A DNA stretch of 64,000 nucleotides, taken from assembly GCA_002070505.1 (NCBI GenBank), contig MWDJ01000003.1:14103-78102 (forward strand), given 5' to 3'. A program made the position numbers and the translations under genes. Shown one piece after another: positions 55,774-64,000 of the stretch (positions are counted from its first letter, which is position 1; each line of letters begins with the position of its first letter). Origin of the DNA: Bacteroidetes bacterium ADurb.Bin145. Its GTDB lineage: Bacteria; Bacteroidota; Bacteroidia; Bacteroidales; VadinHA17. Below the pieces are notes generated by a model. The model searched no databases, was not told the origin of the DNA, and saw only the letters and a list, made by a program, of their open reading frames with translations.

Positions 55774-56041
55774 TTATTGTAATTTATCCTCCTAAACGAC
55801 TAATACTATAATGTCCATGACCCTATCCCCGCCTATGGGATGCCCCCCCTCTACCTGCTCCATAGGTAACGTGGTGCTACGTAAAGTGCTCATTTATAAG
55901 CATATGATAATATAAATCCTAATTTACTTATCTAAGTATTAATATCAGTTTGGCTACATTTTTTTTGAAAAAATTTCCATTACAGCCATATGATTTTTTA
56001 TAAAAATTTATAAAATATTATAAATTAAGAAATTATTAAAA

Positions 56042-57676
56042 TCACTTATTAAAGTCTTTAATTAGTTTTTGAATCACTTGTTTCTTTTGTTCAAGATTGA
56101 GTCTATTTTTATAATACTTTAGAATCTTTACATCAGTATGTCCAGTGAATTGAATTATTAATTCGTCTGCTAATCCTAAGTTCGCTAAATAATTTATAAA
56201 TGTTTTTCTGGCTGTAAAAGGAGCAAATACCTCATGTAATTTATATTCTATAACATTCTTCTTGGAATTAATTCTTGTGTTCGGTTCTGAAATTATCCGA
56301 TTCCATTTAAAATGTTTTGCAACTTCTTTCAATTGTTCCCGATATGTTGATATATTAAGAAATTCAGGCAACCCTTCAGGATATCTTTTTAAAACATCTT
56401 TAACTTCTATCAAGATTGGATTTTTCGAAATCTTTTTTGATTTACTACGGTAAAAACCTACGTAGGTATTTTCAAACCTTAAATTACCACTATATAACTC
56501 ACTTGGACGTAATCCACCAGCAAACATCTGGATAATATACATGTCAGTTGCAAGTTGCATTTTGGGGTCTTTGAATGAAGCAGTAAGAAGTTGTTCGATT
56601 TCTTCATATTCCAAGGTAAATTCAATTTTTGTGTAACTATCTCTGTTTAAAGACCTGCTAAGAAAATCTGAAGCATTTATATGATTGGTATTTACTGCTG
56701 TTTGAGGTATCAGTCCTACTGTTTGAAGAATATTAATATAATGTTTCAGCATCTTCACAATTTTCTGGAATGAAGCAATCTTAAAGTATTCTCTGGAAGC
56801 ATTTGTAAATGATTTCTTCTTTTCGAAAATATTAAATGGGGAATACCCTTTGAAATGAATCAGTGGATATCCTTTCTTAACTTTAAATTTCAAAAATTCC
56901 TCAACCCATTTTAAATTGAATTTATTAACTGAATTGCTTACTAAATCTCCATTCAAAATATAATCGGCAAGGTGAAAAATCAGGGATTGGTATGAATCTG
57001 CAATAAATGGGTCATTATTCTTAGGATTTTTTGACCAACAATAACCGAATACTTCAATAAGGTTGTTTTTATCAAATTTACCCTGAGCATACCTTTCATC
57101 CAGAGTCAATGACTGAGTAAGTTTTTTATCCTTTTCAATCTGAATTTCAATACTAATAGAGTCTTTTATATTATCTATTTCTTCATCTGTAATTTCTCCT
57201 TGTTCACTTATCTTTTCTTCAATTGCTTTTTCAATGCGTTTAATTTCGTCACTCTGAAAAGAATTTTCTTCTTCTGAAAAACTTATTGTATTCAAAAACT
57301 TGTTCCACGATGTAACTTCTGAATCTAATGCCTCTTCCTTTTGAATATCATACAACTTATTATTAATATCATCTACCGTAAAATCTACTCCTTCAGAAAT
57401 TTTGTCTACCAGTATCTTCTTGATTTTTGTTTCAATATTAAATAACTTCAATCTCTCGGTAGTGGGGGGTTCTGATTTCAATTTTTCATATTGCGAATCT
57501 GTTACCAAATAAATATTATTGAACTCATCTCTAATTGTTACTTCGAACCGTTTCAATTCATTGAATTTTTTGCCTGACATATACCCAATCTTTGCTAAAA
57601 CCTTCAATTGGCTACTCCCATCCTGTCTTTTATAACTAACACGAAATAAATTAGTCTTTATGATAGTGTTTTTCAT
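56042..57676 (-). CDS. int: tyrosine-type site-specific integrase with long N-terminal arm-binding/linker region
   Basis: C-terminal catalytic domain: GGLRPSELY (Arg I), FTARKTFINYLANLG (Arg II region), TGHTDVKILKYY (His...Tyr nucleophile). It is the last gene before attR. Confidence 0.88.
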   Translation of the reverse strand: MKNTIIKTNLFRVSYKRQDGSSQLKVLAKIGYMSGKKFNELKRFEVTIRDEFNNIYLVTDSQYEKLKSEPPTTERLKLFNIETKIKKILVDKISEGVDFTVDDINNKLYDIQKEEALDSEVTSWNKFLNTISFSEEENSFQSDEIKRIEKAIEEKISEQGEITDEEIDNIKDSISIEIQIEKDKKLTQSLTLDERYAQGKFDKNNLIEVFGYCWSKNPKNNDPFIADSYQSLIFHLADYILNGDLVSNSVNKFNLKWVEEFLKFKVKKGYPLIHFKGYSPFNIFEKKKSFTNASREYFKIASFQKIVKMLKHYINILQTVGLIPQTAVNTNHINASDFLSRSLNRDSYTKIEFTLEYEEIEQLLTASFKDPKMQLATDMYIIQMFAGGLRPSELYSGNLRFENTYVGFYRSKSKKISKNPILIEVKDVLKRYPEGLPEFLNISTYREQLKEVAKHFKWNRIISEPNTRINSKKNVIEYKLHEVFAPFTARKTFINYLANLGLADELIIQFTGHTDVKILKYYKNRLNLEQKKQVIQKLIKDFNK

Positions 57677-57724
57677 AATTACAAATCATGATAATATTCC
57701 CACAAAGATAATATTTCGAGTCCG

Positions 57725-57760
57725 ATTAACAACCAGAATTAACAACTAATTAACAACCAG
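57725..57760 (+). repeat. three direct ATTAACAACYAR repeats (putative arm-type sites, right end)
   Basis: ATTAACAACCAG at 57725, ATTAACAACTAA at 57738, ATTAACAACCAG at 57749. They lie between the integrase start and attR. Confidence 0.6.
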
Positions 57761-57822
57761 CATTGTTGCTAAATATCAGCAATATACAGAGGCTCAATGT
57801 TTTAAATCCAGTTATATGGGTT

Positions 57823-57836
57823 CTGGTGGGACTACA
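57823..57836 (+). repeat. attR core (direct repeat of tRNA-Arg 3' end)
   Basis: CTGGTGGGACTACA. The preceding TTAAATCCAG..GGGTT is a degenerate copy of the tRNA variable/T-arm region (57802-57822). Confidence 0.75.
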
Positions 57837-57883
57837 AAAAAGAGTGAGAGTGTGAGCGAGAGCGAGTACTCTCACTCTTTTTT
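57836..57883. terminator. strong hairpin abutting attR (probable original tRNA-Arg terminator)
   Basis: AAAAAAGAGTGAGAG (57836-57850) / CTCTCACTCTTTTTT (57869-57883) is a perfect 15-bp inverted repeat with an 18-nt loop, flanked by an A-run and a T-run. Confidence 0.6.
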
Positions 57884-58328
57884 CTCGCTCCCACTCTCAC
57901 ACTCACACTTTTCTCTCCGTTCGCGGTTAGCCTTGTTCAGCAGATTTGACCGGGATAAATTCATCCTCTTCGAATATTCACCGAGGGTGATTATCTCCTT
58001 GCCTTCAAGATAAGCCAATCGTTTATTATAGCTGTTTGTGAGAGCCTTGTAGAGTATTTCCTTAAAAAAGAGGGCTATTCACGGTATTGCATATATAAAC
58101 TGTGAAGTAATGCTTTTTTTAGACTTCTATTCACGTTTTTTAATAAATAAACTTGAATAAAGCAGGTGACTAGATATGGAAAAGTTTTTTCATGACCGCC
58201 CGGCCCATCCGGATGTTATCAATATTTCCGCTTTGTTTATAAGTCCATTAATATGTAACACTGATACTTATTGAAAATTAATCTAAATTTGTTATAAGAG
58301 TTTGAGAAATATCATTTAACAGGTCAGG

Positions 58329-59003
58329 ATGGATTCCCGTTACTTGATTTTATTTTCGATGCTGATCTTTCCGGGGCTCATTTCAAATGGCCAGTTCGGT
58401 TCTCCTACTAACCCTGAACAAATTGTTGTCAATCCGGATTTAGTGATCCAGGTTGGCGCATTCCGCCAGGAACCAAATGCCCTGACATTGAAAAACAAGC
58501 TTTCAGCTGTTCTTAACAAGTCTGTTTTTTTAGTTGTTGAAGATGGATTTACAAAGGTCCGGTTGACAGGATTTTCAGGCCTGGAAGAAATTGAAAAATT
58601 ATACCCCACACTTACTTTTCTTGGATTGAAAGACATCTGGATACTGCCGGCCCGGAAAGCTGAAGCTACTAATCCTCAGGCTTTTGTAGAATCTGATACT
58701 ACTAAAAGACAAGACATTGAGGATCCACCTGAAACTGTTATCGTTGAAGACACACCAGCCGTGTCACAGTCGACATATACCCTGCAAGTTGAAGTGTTCC
58801 ACGACAGATCGAAGGCGATAAATGCTCAGAAAAAGATCACAGCTGCAATCAATCTCCCCGTTGAAATTGTCAGGGAATGGGAATACTACAGACTTATTGT
58901 ACCCGGATTTAAAACAACTGATGAAGCAATTAAATACTCCTCTACAATTGCAAACCTTGGATACCCGAATATCTCCATGATTGAGAACTACAGAAAGAAA
59001 TAA
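58329..59003 (+). CDS. SPOR domain-containing protein (two SPOR repeats), paralog of 7..1143
   Basis: VIQVGAFRQEPNALTLKNKL and YTLQVEVFHDRSKAINAQKKI...PVEIVREWEYYRLIVPGF......LGYPNISMIENYRKK are collinear with the C-terminus of the first ORF. Confidence 0.75.
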   Translation: MDSRYLILFSMLIFPGLISNGQFGSPTNPEQIVVNPDLVIQVGAFRQEPNALTLKNKLSAVLNKSVFLVVEDGFTKVRLTGFSGLEEIEKLYPTLTFLGLKDIWILPARKAEATNPQAFVESDTTKRQDIEDPPETVIVEDTPAVSQSTYTLQVEVFHDRSKAINAQKKITAAINLPVEIVREWEYYRLIVPGFKTTDEAIKYSSTIANLGYPNISMIENYRKK

Positions 59004-59206
59004 TTATATAATTACCTTTTAGCCATATTTAAGTCAAAATGTTGTTTGACCAGGAACAGAAAATACATATGCAATAACCTGATTGTCCTTTGCTTTTATT
59101 GTATTGTTATTTCGTTCTGTAATTTCTTTCTAAAAACTCTTTTAGAATCTTCGTTGAACATATTTTTGATTTTTTGGTTAATATTGCAGCGATTTGCATT
59201 TGAATA

Positions 59207-59641
59207 ATGATAAAAAGAACAACAGCAGTAATTTTTCTAATTCTTGCCAATTTTTTATTTCTTGTGCAGGCCGTTGTTCCCCACCATCATCACGGTAATC
59301 ATATCTGCTTCGAAAATAAGCATTGTGTCAATGATAATTCGGAAGATGTTCAAGGTGTAAATGGGAAACCACATACTCATGATGAAAATAATAATTCTGA
59401 CGATTGCGCTTTAAAAGCAGCAGTTGATTTATTATCTTATCAGTGGAGAATTGATTTTAAATTATATAATCAGATTTCAGGCAATTCAAACATTGATGGA
59501 TTTCTTTATTGCATTCTTAATAGCAAGCCTGAACTTCAAAATCCTTTCTTAACATCTTTTGTTTTCGAGCAATCGACTGATTGCTCCTATACATCATATA
59601 TCTCAGAATCTTCAGGGCTTCGGGCTCCTCCTCTTTTTTAG
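59207..59641 (+). CDS. small His/Cys-rich anchored protein upstream of the metal efflux genes
   Basis: N-terminal TM/signal segment, then VVPHHHHGNHICFENKHCVNDNSEDVQGVNGKPHTHDEN..DDC. Confidence 0.4.
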   Translation: MIKRTTAVIFLILANFLFLVQAVVPHHHHGNHICFENKHCVNDNSEDVQGVNGKPHTHDENNNSDDCALKAAVDLLSYQWRIDFKLYNQISGNSNIDGFLYCILNSKPELQNPFLTSFVFEQSTDCSYTSYISESSGLRAPPLF

Positions 59642-59734
59642 GTTTTAGTGCCGGAAAAAGCACCAATTGCATTGGATATTAATGCTTTATTGCATTTATC
59701 CCATCATTTCTATTAATCTTAAACAAACAGGAAT

Positions 59735-61237
59735 ATGTATTTTAAATTATTATTGACTTCATTGATTGGATTTGCACTTGCAGGATGCAATCACAGCCCT
59801 GAAAATGAAATTCACACAGAACCTGAAGAAGTCAAGGTTCAATATACAGTATATAGCGAACAATATGAACTATTTGCCGAAGCAGATCCTTTCGTAACCG
59901 GACAGATATGTAATGTCCTGTCACATTTCTCAAGGTTACCGGAATTTACTGCTGTTACAAAAGCCGCAATTACTTTGAAAATAATTGTCAATGGGAAAAC
60001 AACTGAACAAACCCTTGAAAGTCCTTCACGTGAAGGGATATACAGCTTTGATATTAAACCTGAAGTAAGCGGCGACGGGATTATGGAATACCTTGTTAAA
60101 ACTGATTCAGGTGATCATAAAATCACTGTTCCGGATATTATAGTATATCCTGACTCTCAGGATGCAATTGCAGCTGCTGAAAAGAATATTATCCCAAAAG
60201 CCAATACCACTGTTTTTACAAAAGAACAATCATGGAAGATTGATTTCTCTACCGGCTATCCTGAAAGGAAGCCGTTCGGTCAGGTTATAAAAACCACGGC
60301 ACAGGTCCAATCAGCTCAGGGCGATGAAATGTTGGTCACAGCAAAAACGGGCGGTGTTATTTCATTGTCAGGAGAGAGCATCCTTGAAGGAATAAAAGTA
60401 TCAGAGGGGCAGACACTTCTGACTATTAAAGGAAGCGGACTCTCCGAAAATAACTCTTCCGTCCGATATGCTGAAGCACGTAATAATTTTGAAAAATCGA
60501 AATCCGATTATGAAAGGGCAAATATTCTGTCAGCTGAAAAAATTGTATCTGAGAAGCAACTGCTTGAAACCAGGACATTATATGAAAACGCCAAATTCGT
60601 TTTCGATAATCTGAATCAGGATTTTAATTCTGCAGGGCAGGTAGTCACCAGTCCTATGACAGGTTTCATAAAGCAACTCTTTGTAAAAAACGGACAATAT
60701 GCTGAGACAGGGCAGCCAATTATTTTAATTTCACAAAACAAATCACTATTGCTGCGGACCGAGGTACAGCAGAAGTATGCAAAGTATCTAAATTCAATAA
60801 CCGATGCAAACATAAGAACAGTTGAAGACAACCGGACTTATACACTTGAAGAATTAAATGGCAAGGTCCTTTCGATCGGAAAAGTCACTACTCCGGATAA
60901 TTACCTGATACCTGTTACCCTTCAAATAAATAATGCAGGCAGTTTTCTCCCGGGCAGTTTTGTAGAATTATATCTGAAAACACTCACAAATTCCAAGGCT
61001 CTTATTGTGCCAAATTCAGCAATTCTTGAAGAGCAGGGTTCCTTCTTTGTATTTGTACAGGTAACACCCGAACTATTTGAGAAACGGGAAATCAAAACAG
61101 GAGCAACAGATGGGAATGATACTGAAGTAATCAGGGGATTAGGCGATAACGAGCGAATTGTAACTTCAGGTGCAATCTTTATCAAGCTGGCCCAGGCTAC
61201 AGGAACTCTGGATGCACATTCAGGTCATGTACATTAA
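59735..61237 (+). CDS. efflux RND transporter periplasmic adaptor subunit (CzcB/CusB-like), lipoprotein
   Basis: Lipobox LAGCN. An N-terminal extra domain is followed by the lipoyl/barrel motifs SPMTGFIKQLFVKNGQYAETGQPIILI and IVPNSAILEEQGSFFVFV. C-terminal HSGHVH. Confidence 0.8.
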   Translation: MYFKLLLTSLIGFALAGCNHSPENEIHTEPEEVKVQYTVYSEQYELFAEADPFVTGQICNVLSHFSRLPEFTAVTKAAITLKIIVNGKTTEQTLESPSREGIYSFDIKPEVSGDGIMEYLVKTDSGDHKITVPDIIVYPDSQDAIAAAEKNIIPKANTTVFTKEQSWKIDFSTGYPERKPFGQVIKTTAQVQSAQGDEMLVTAKTGGVISLSGESILEGIKVSEGQTLLTIKGSGLSENNSSVRYAEARNNFEKSKSDYERANILSAEKIVSEKQLLETRTLYENAKFVFDNLNQDFNSAGQVVTSPMTGFIKQLFVKNGQYAETGQPIILISQNKSLLLRTEVQQKYAKYLNSITDANIRTVEDNRTYTLEELNGKVLSIGKVTTPDNYLIPVTLQINNAGSFLPGSFVELYLKTLTNSKALIVPNSAILEEQGSFFVFVQVTPELFEKREIKTGATDGNDTEVIRGLGDNERIVTSGAIFIKLAQATGTLDAHSGHVH

Positions 61238-61251
61238 AAATCCGGGAACTC

Positions 61252-64000
61252 ATGATAAACAATATTATAAAATTTTCACTGAACAATAAGTACCTGATCA
61301 TCCTGCTTTCAGTGGTTCTTGTGGTAAGCGGAGTGAGAACGGCAGTGAATATGGATATTGACGTATTCCCTGATCTTACCGCTCCTACAGTAGTAGTTAT
61401 GACTGATGCACATGGTATGGCGTCTGAAGAGGTCGAGCGTTTAGTGACATTCCCGATTGAGACTTCTGTTAATGGTGCAACAGGTGTCCGCAGAGTCCGT
61501 TCGGCTTCATCACAGGGTTTTTCATTTGTCTGGGTCGAATTCGACTGGGGTACGGATATTTTTAAAGCCCGGCAGATTGTAAGTGAAAAACTTATTGCTG
61601 TTTCTTCGCTTATGCCGTTTGGAATCGGCCAGCCTGTGCTTGCCCCTCAATCAAGTGTTATGGGGGAAATATTTTTCATCGGCCTGCAGGGTGATAGTAC
61701 AAGCCTGATGGACCTGAGAACGATAGCAGAATGGAATATTAAACCATTATTGCTTGCAACAGGCGGTGTCTCTCAGGTGACTATTATTGGCGGTGACTAT
61801 AAGCAATACCATGTACTGGCAAATCCCCTGAAAATGAAATACTATAAGGTTTCAATGACTGAACTGGCAGAGGTCTGCAAAGGGATAAGTCAGAATTCGA
61901 CAGGGGGTTTGGTAAGACAGTATGGCAATGAATATGTTGTCAGAGGAATTGCACGGACATCAGATTTAGATATCCTGGGGAATTCATATGTCAAATCTGT
62001 AAACGGAAAACCTGTAAGGCTAAACGATGTTGCCGAAGTAAAAATTGGCAGTGCTGTAAAGATGGGATATGCTTCTGAAAATGCCAGACCAGCCATAATA
62101 ATCTCAGTTTCAAAGCAGCCAAACACGAATACCCTTAATGTGACACAACAAATAGAAGAAAACCTTAAAACATTGCAAAAGACTTTGCCTTCTGATGTTA
62201 AGCTTGATACCAAAATATTCCGGCAGGCTGATTTCATTGAAACATCAGTTCACAATGTTCAGGATGCATTGATTGAAGGGGCAATATTTGTCGTGATCAT
62301 TCTTTTTATTTTTCTGGGTAGCTTCAGGACTACAATAATATCTCTTCTGGCAATTCCTCTTTCATTATTTGGGGCCGTTCTTATTTTAAAGGGTCTTGGC
62401 CTAAACATCAACACGATGAGCCTTGGCGGGATGGCGATTGCAATAGGCGCTTTGGTTGATGACGCAATTATTGACGTTGAAAATGTTTATAAAAGGCTCC
62501 GCCAAAACAGGCAAAAACCAATAGAACAACGTCAGAATGCCTTTACTGTTGTATTTGAAGCATCAATGGAAATAAGAGCATCAATTCTTAATGCAACAAT
62601 GATAATAATTGTGGCATTCATCCCATTGTTCTTCCTTTCGGGAATGGAAGGAAGAATGCTGAAACCGCTTGGCATTTCATTTATAGTTTCACTCTTTGTG
62701 TCGCTTATTGTCGCAATGACTCTGACACCATTATTATCTAAGATGCTTTTATCAGATGAGAGGTATCTGGCTAAGAATGAAAAGGATAAATGGCTTGTAC
62801 GAAAACTGTCATATTATTATGAAAAGTCACTCAGGTGGTCACTGAAGCATAAGAGAGTAATAATATTTTCAACATTTGGATTATTTATTGTTGCATTAAT
62901 TGCATTATCATCGATGGGCAGAAGTTTCCTGCCTGAATTCAACGAAGGGTCATTAACGCTTTCTGTAATAACTAAACCTGGTACTTCTCTGGAAGAAAAC
63001 AACAAGCTTGGGACCCTTGTGGAAACAGAATTATTACAAATTCCTGAAATATCGGGCACGGCAAGAAGAACAGGCCGGGGTGAACTTGATGAACATTCAC
63101 AAACTACAAACAGCGCTGAAATAGATGTGAATTTTACTCTTCAAGAGCGCAGCCGTGAAGAATTTTTGGCTGATGTGCGAAACACCTTATCAAGGATACC
63201 CGGAATAGCTTTTACTGTAGGCCAACCCCTTGGACACCGTATTGATCATATGCTTTCAGGAACAAGAGCCAATATTGCTGTAAAATTATTCGGAACGGAC
63301 CTCAACCGGATGTTTGCTCTTGGTAATGAAATAAAAAGTTCAATTGTGAATATTGAGGGTCTCGTAGATGTTAACGTAGATCAGCAGGTTGAGATTCCGC
63401 AGATACAGATCAGGGCAAATCGTGACATGCTTGCTCAATACGGAATTACAACCGGTGAATTTAACGAGTTCATCGATTTAGCCTTCGGAGGAGAAGAACT
63501 GGCAGACATTTACGAAGGTCAGAGAAGTTTTGGCCTTGTCTTAAAACTTGATAAAGACTACACGGAAGACATTGAAGGCATCCGAAGTGCTCTTATCGAT
63601 GCTCATGATGGCAGGAAAGTCCCCCTGGAGCAGGTTGCCGATATTGTATCCGTAGCCGGACCAAGTTCAATCAGCCGTGAAAACGTTCAAAGAAAAATTG
63701 TCATTTCCGCAAACGTGACAGGTCGTGACCTGCGAGGAGCAGTTCAGGAGATTAAGAAAAATATCAGCGAGTCAGTTAAATTACCCGAGGGTTACAGGAT
63801 CGAGTACGGCGGTCAGTTTGAAAGTGAGGCAAGAGCGTCACAAACTCTTTTGCTGACTTCTTTAATCGCTATTTTAATTATCTTCCTGTTATTATTTCAG
63901 GAATTCAAAAACTTCAAACTGGCGGGAATTATTCTTCTGAATTTACCTCTGGCTCTGATTGGCGGTGTTTTCGCAATATTCTTTACGTCAGGTATATTAA
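61252..64000 (+). CDS. CusA/CzcA-family heavy-metal efflux RND permease (3' end beyond window)
   Basis: Translated by hand from the ATG at 61252: MINNIIKFSLNNKYLIILLSVVLVVSGVRTAVNMDIDVFPDLTAPTVVVMTDAHGMASEEVERLVTFPIE... The frame stays open to the window end. It is absent from the ORF track because no stop is reached. Confidence 0.9.
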   Translation, partial: MINNIIKFSLNNKYLIILLSVVLVVSGVRTAVNMDIDVFPDLTAPTVVVMTDAHGMASEEVERLVTFPIETSVNGATGVRRVRSASSQGFSFVWVEFDWGTDIFKARQIVSEKLIAVSSLMPFGIGQPVLAPQSSVMGEIFFIGLQGDSTSLMDLRTIAEWNIKPLLLATGGVSQVTIIGGDYKQYHVLANPLKMKYYKVSMTELAEVCKGISQNSTGGLVRQYGNEYVVRGIARTSDLDILGNSYVKSVNGKPVRLNDVAEVKIGSAVKMGYASENARPAIIISVSKQPNTNTLNVTQQIEENLKTLQKTLPSDVKLDTKIFRQADFIETSVHNVQDALIEGAIFVVIILFIFLGSFRTTIISLLAIPLSLFGAVLILKGLGLNINTMSLGGMAIAIGALVDDAIIDVENVYKRLRQNRQKPIEQRQNAFTVVFEASMEIRASILNATMIIIVAFIPLFFLSGMEGRMLKPLGISFIVSLFVSLIVAMTLTPLLSKMLLSDERYLAKNEKDKWLVRKLSYYYEKSLRWSLKHKRVIIFSTFGLFIVALIALSSMGRSFLPEFNEGSLTLSVITKPGTSLEENNKLGTLVETELLQIPEISGTARRTGRGELDEHSQTTNSAEIDVNFTLQERSREEFLADVRNTLSRIPGIAFTVGQPLGHRIDHMLSGTRANIAVKLFGTDLNRMFALGNEIKSSIVNIEGLVDVNVDQQVEIPQIQIRANRDMLAQYGITTGEFNEFIDLAFGGEELADIYEGQRSFGLVLKLDKDYTEDIEGIRSALIDAHDGRKVPLEQVADIVSVAGPSSISRENVQRKIVISANVTGRDLRGAVQEIKKNISESVKLPEGYRIEYGGQFESEARASQTLLLTSLIAILIIFLLLFQEFKNFKLAGIILLNLPLALIGGVFAIFFTSGIL

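Larger units (their letters stand above)
25140..57836. mobile_element. about 32.7 kb integrative genomic island in tRNA-Arg(CCU) (integrase, excisionase-like gene, defence and unknown cargo)
   Basis: The 14-bp direct repeat CTGGTGGGACTACA occurs at 25140-25153 (tRNA 3' end) and 57823-57836. A degenerate tRNA 3'-half copy lies at 57802-57836. A tyrosine integrase sits at the right end and an HTH excisionase-like gene at the left end. The interior is visibly more AT-rich. Confidence 0.8.

Noticed and set aside
57816-58013. The 65-aa plus-strand ORF just outside attR.
   Set aside because: It is built from the low-complexity GAGTGAGAG hairpin/terminator sequence and has no coding character.
57875-58070. 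Minus-strand HTH-like reading frame (...EILYKALTNSYNKRLAYLEGKEIITLGEYSKRMNLSRSNLLNKANRERREK...) next to attR.
   Set aside because: A TGA lies immediately upstream in frame and the first ATG leaves only about 30 codons. It may be a gene remnant, but I cannot support a functional CDS.
1-64000. CRISPR arrays, rRNA genes, IS elements or transposases, and prophage structural genes.
   Set aside because: I saw no regularly spaced 25-40 bp repeats. I saw no rRNA-like sequence, no DDE/IS-type transposase motifs and no capsid, portal or terminase-like ORFs.

Overview
Bacteroidota-like chromosomal window. All calls come from reading the ORF translations and the DNA by eye; no searches were run. The flanks are ordinary core genome. 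The left flank (1-25.1 kb) carries a SPOR protein, ferredoxin-nitroreductase, nrfHA nitrite reductase and acetolactate decarboxylase. It also holds a cluster of a Tat-signal [FeFe]-hydrogenase, a secreted beta-propeller and two DUF362-like paralogs, then two SiaC/DUF1987 genes around tRNA-Gln, followed by fba, a TolC/HlyD pair, tsaB, efp, a SpoIIE phosphatase, tyrS and cvpA. The right flank (57.9-64 kb) carries a second SPOR paralog and a His-rich protein with a CzcB/CzcA-type metal efflux pump that runs off the window. The centre (about 25.14-57.84 kb) is a visibly more AT-rich island of about 32.7 kb inserted at the 3' end of tRNA-Arg(CCU). A 14-bp direct repeat bounds it, triple ATTAACAACCAG repeats sit inside both ends, and a tyrosine integrase and an excisionase-like HTH gene sit at opposite ends. 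Island cargo that I can name: a complete type I R-M (hsdM-hsdS-extra nuclease/DUF4268-like gene-hsdR) and a divergent HNH_5-like protein. Island cargo that looks novel is listed in order. (1) An orphan 669-aa protein carries family-A polymerase motifs A, B, 6 and C and is preceded by iteron-like TAAGGTC repeats. (2) A regulatory module has two HTH genes, a perfect 16-bp palindrome and a short serine recombinase. (3) Downstream of the recombinase, translationally coupled to each other, is an RNase H-like plus RX4H (HEPN-like) gene pair. (4) A roughly 90-nt structured element is present in 2.5 copies, with compensatory changes in two stems, and brackets a 5.2 kb gene module. (5) One reading frame is interrupted only by two TAG codons. 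The best candidates for an undescribed system are the polymerase-like/iteron module, the RNase H-like/HEPN-like pair and the covarying structured element. No CRISPR array, rRNA or transposase was seen.
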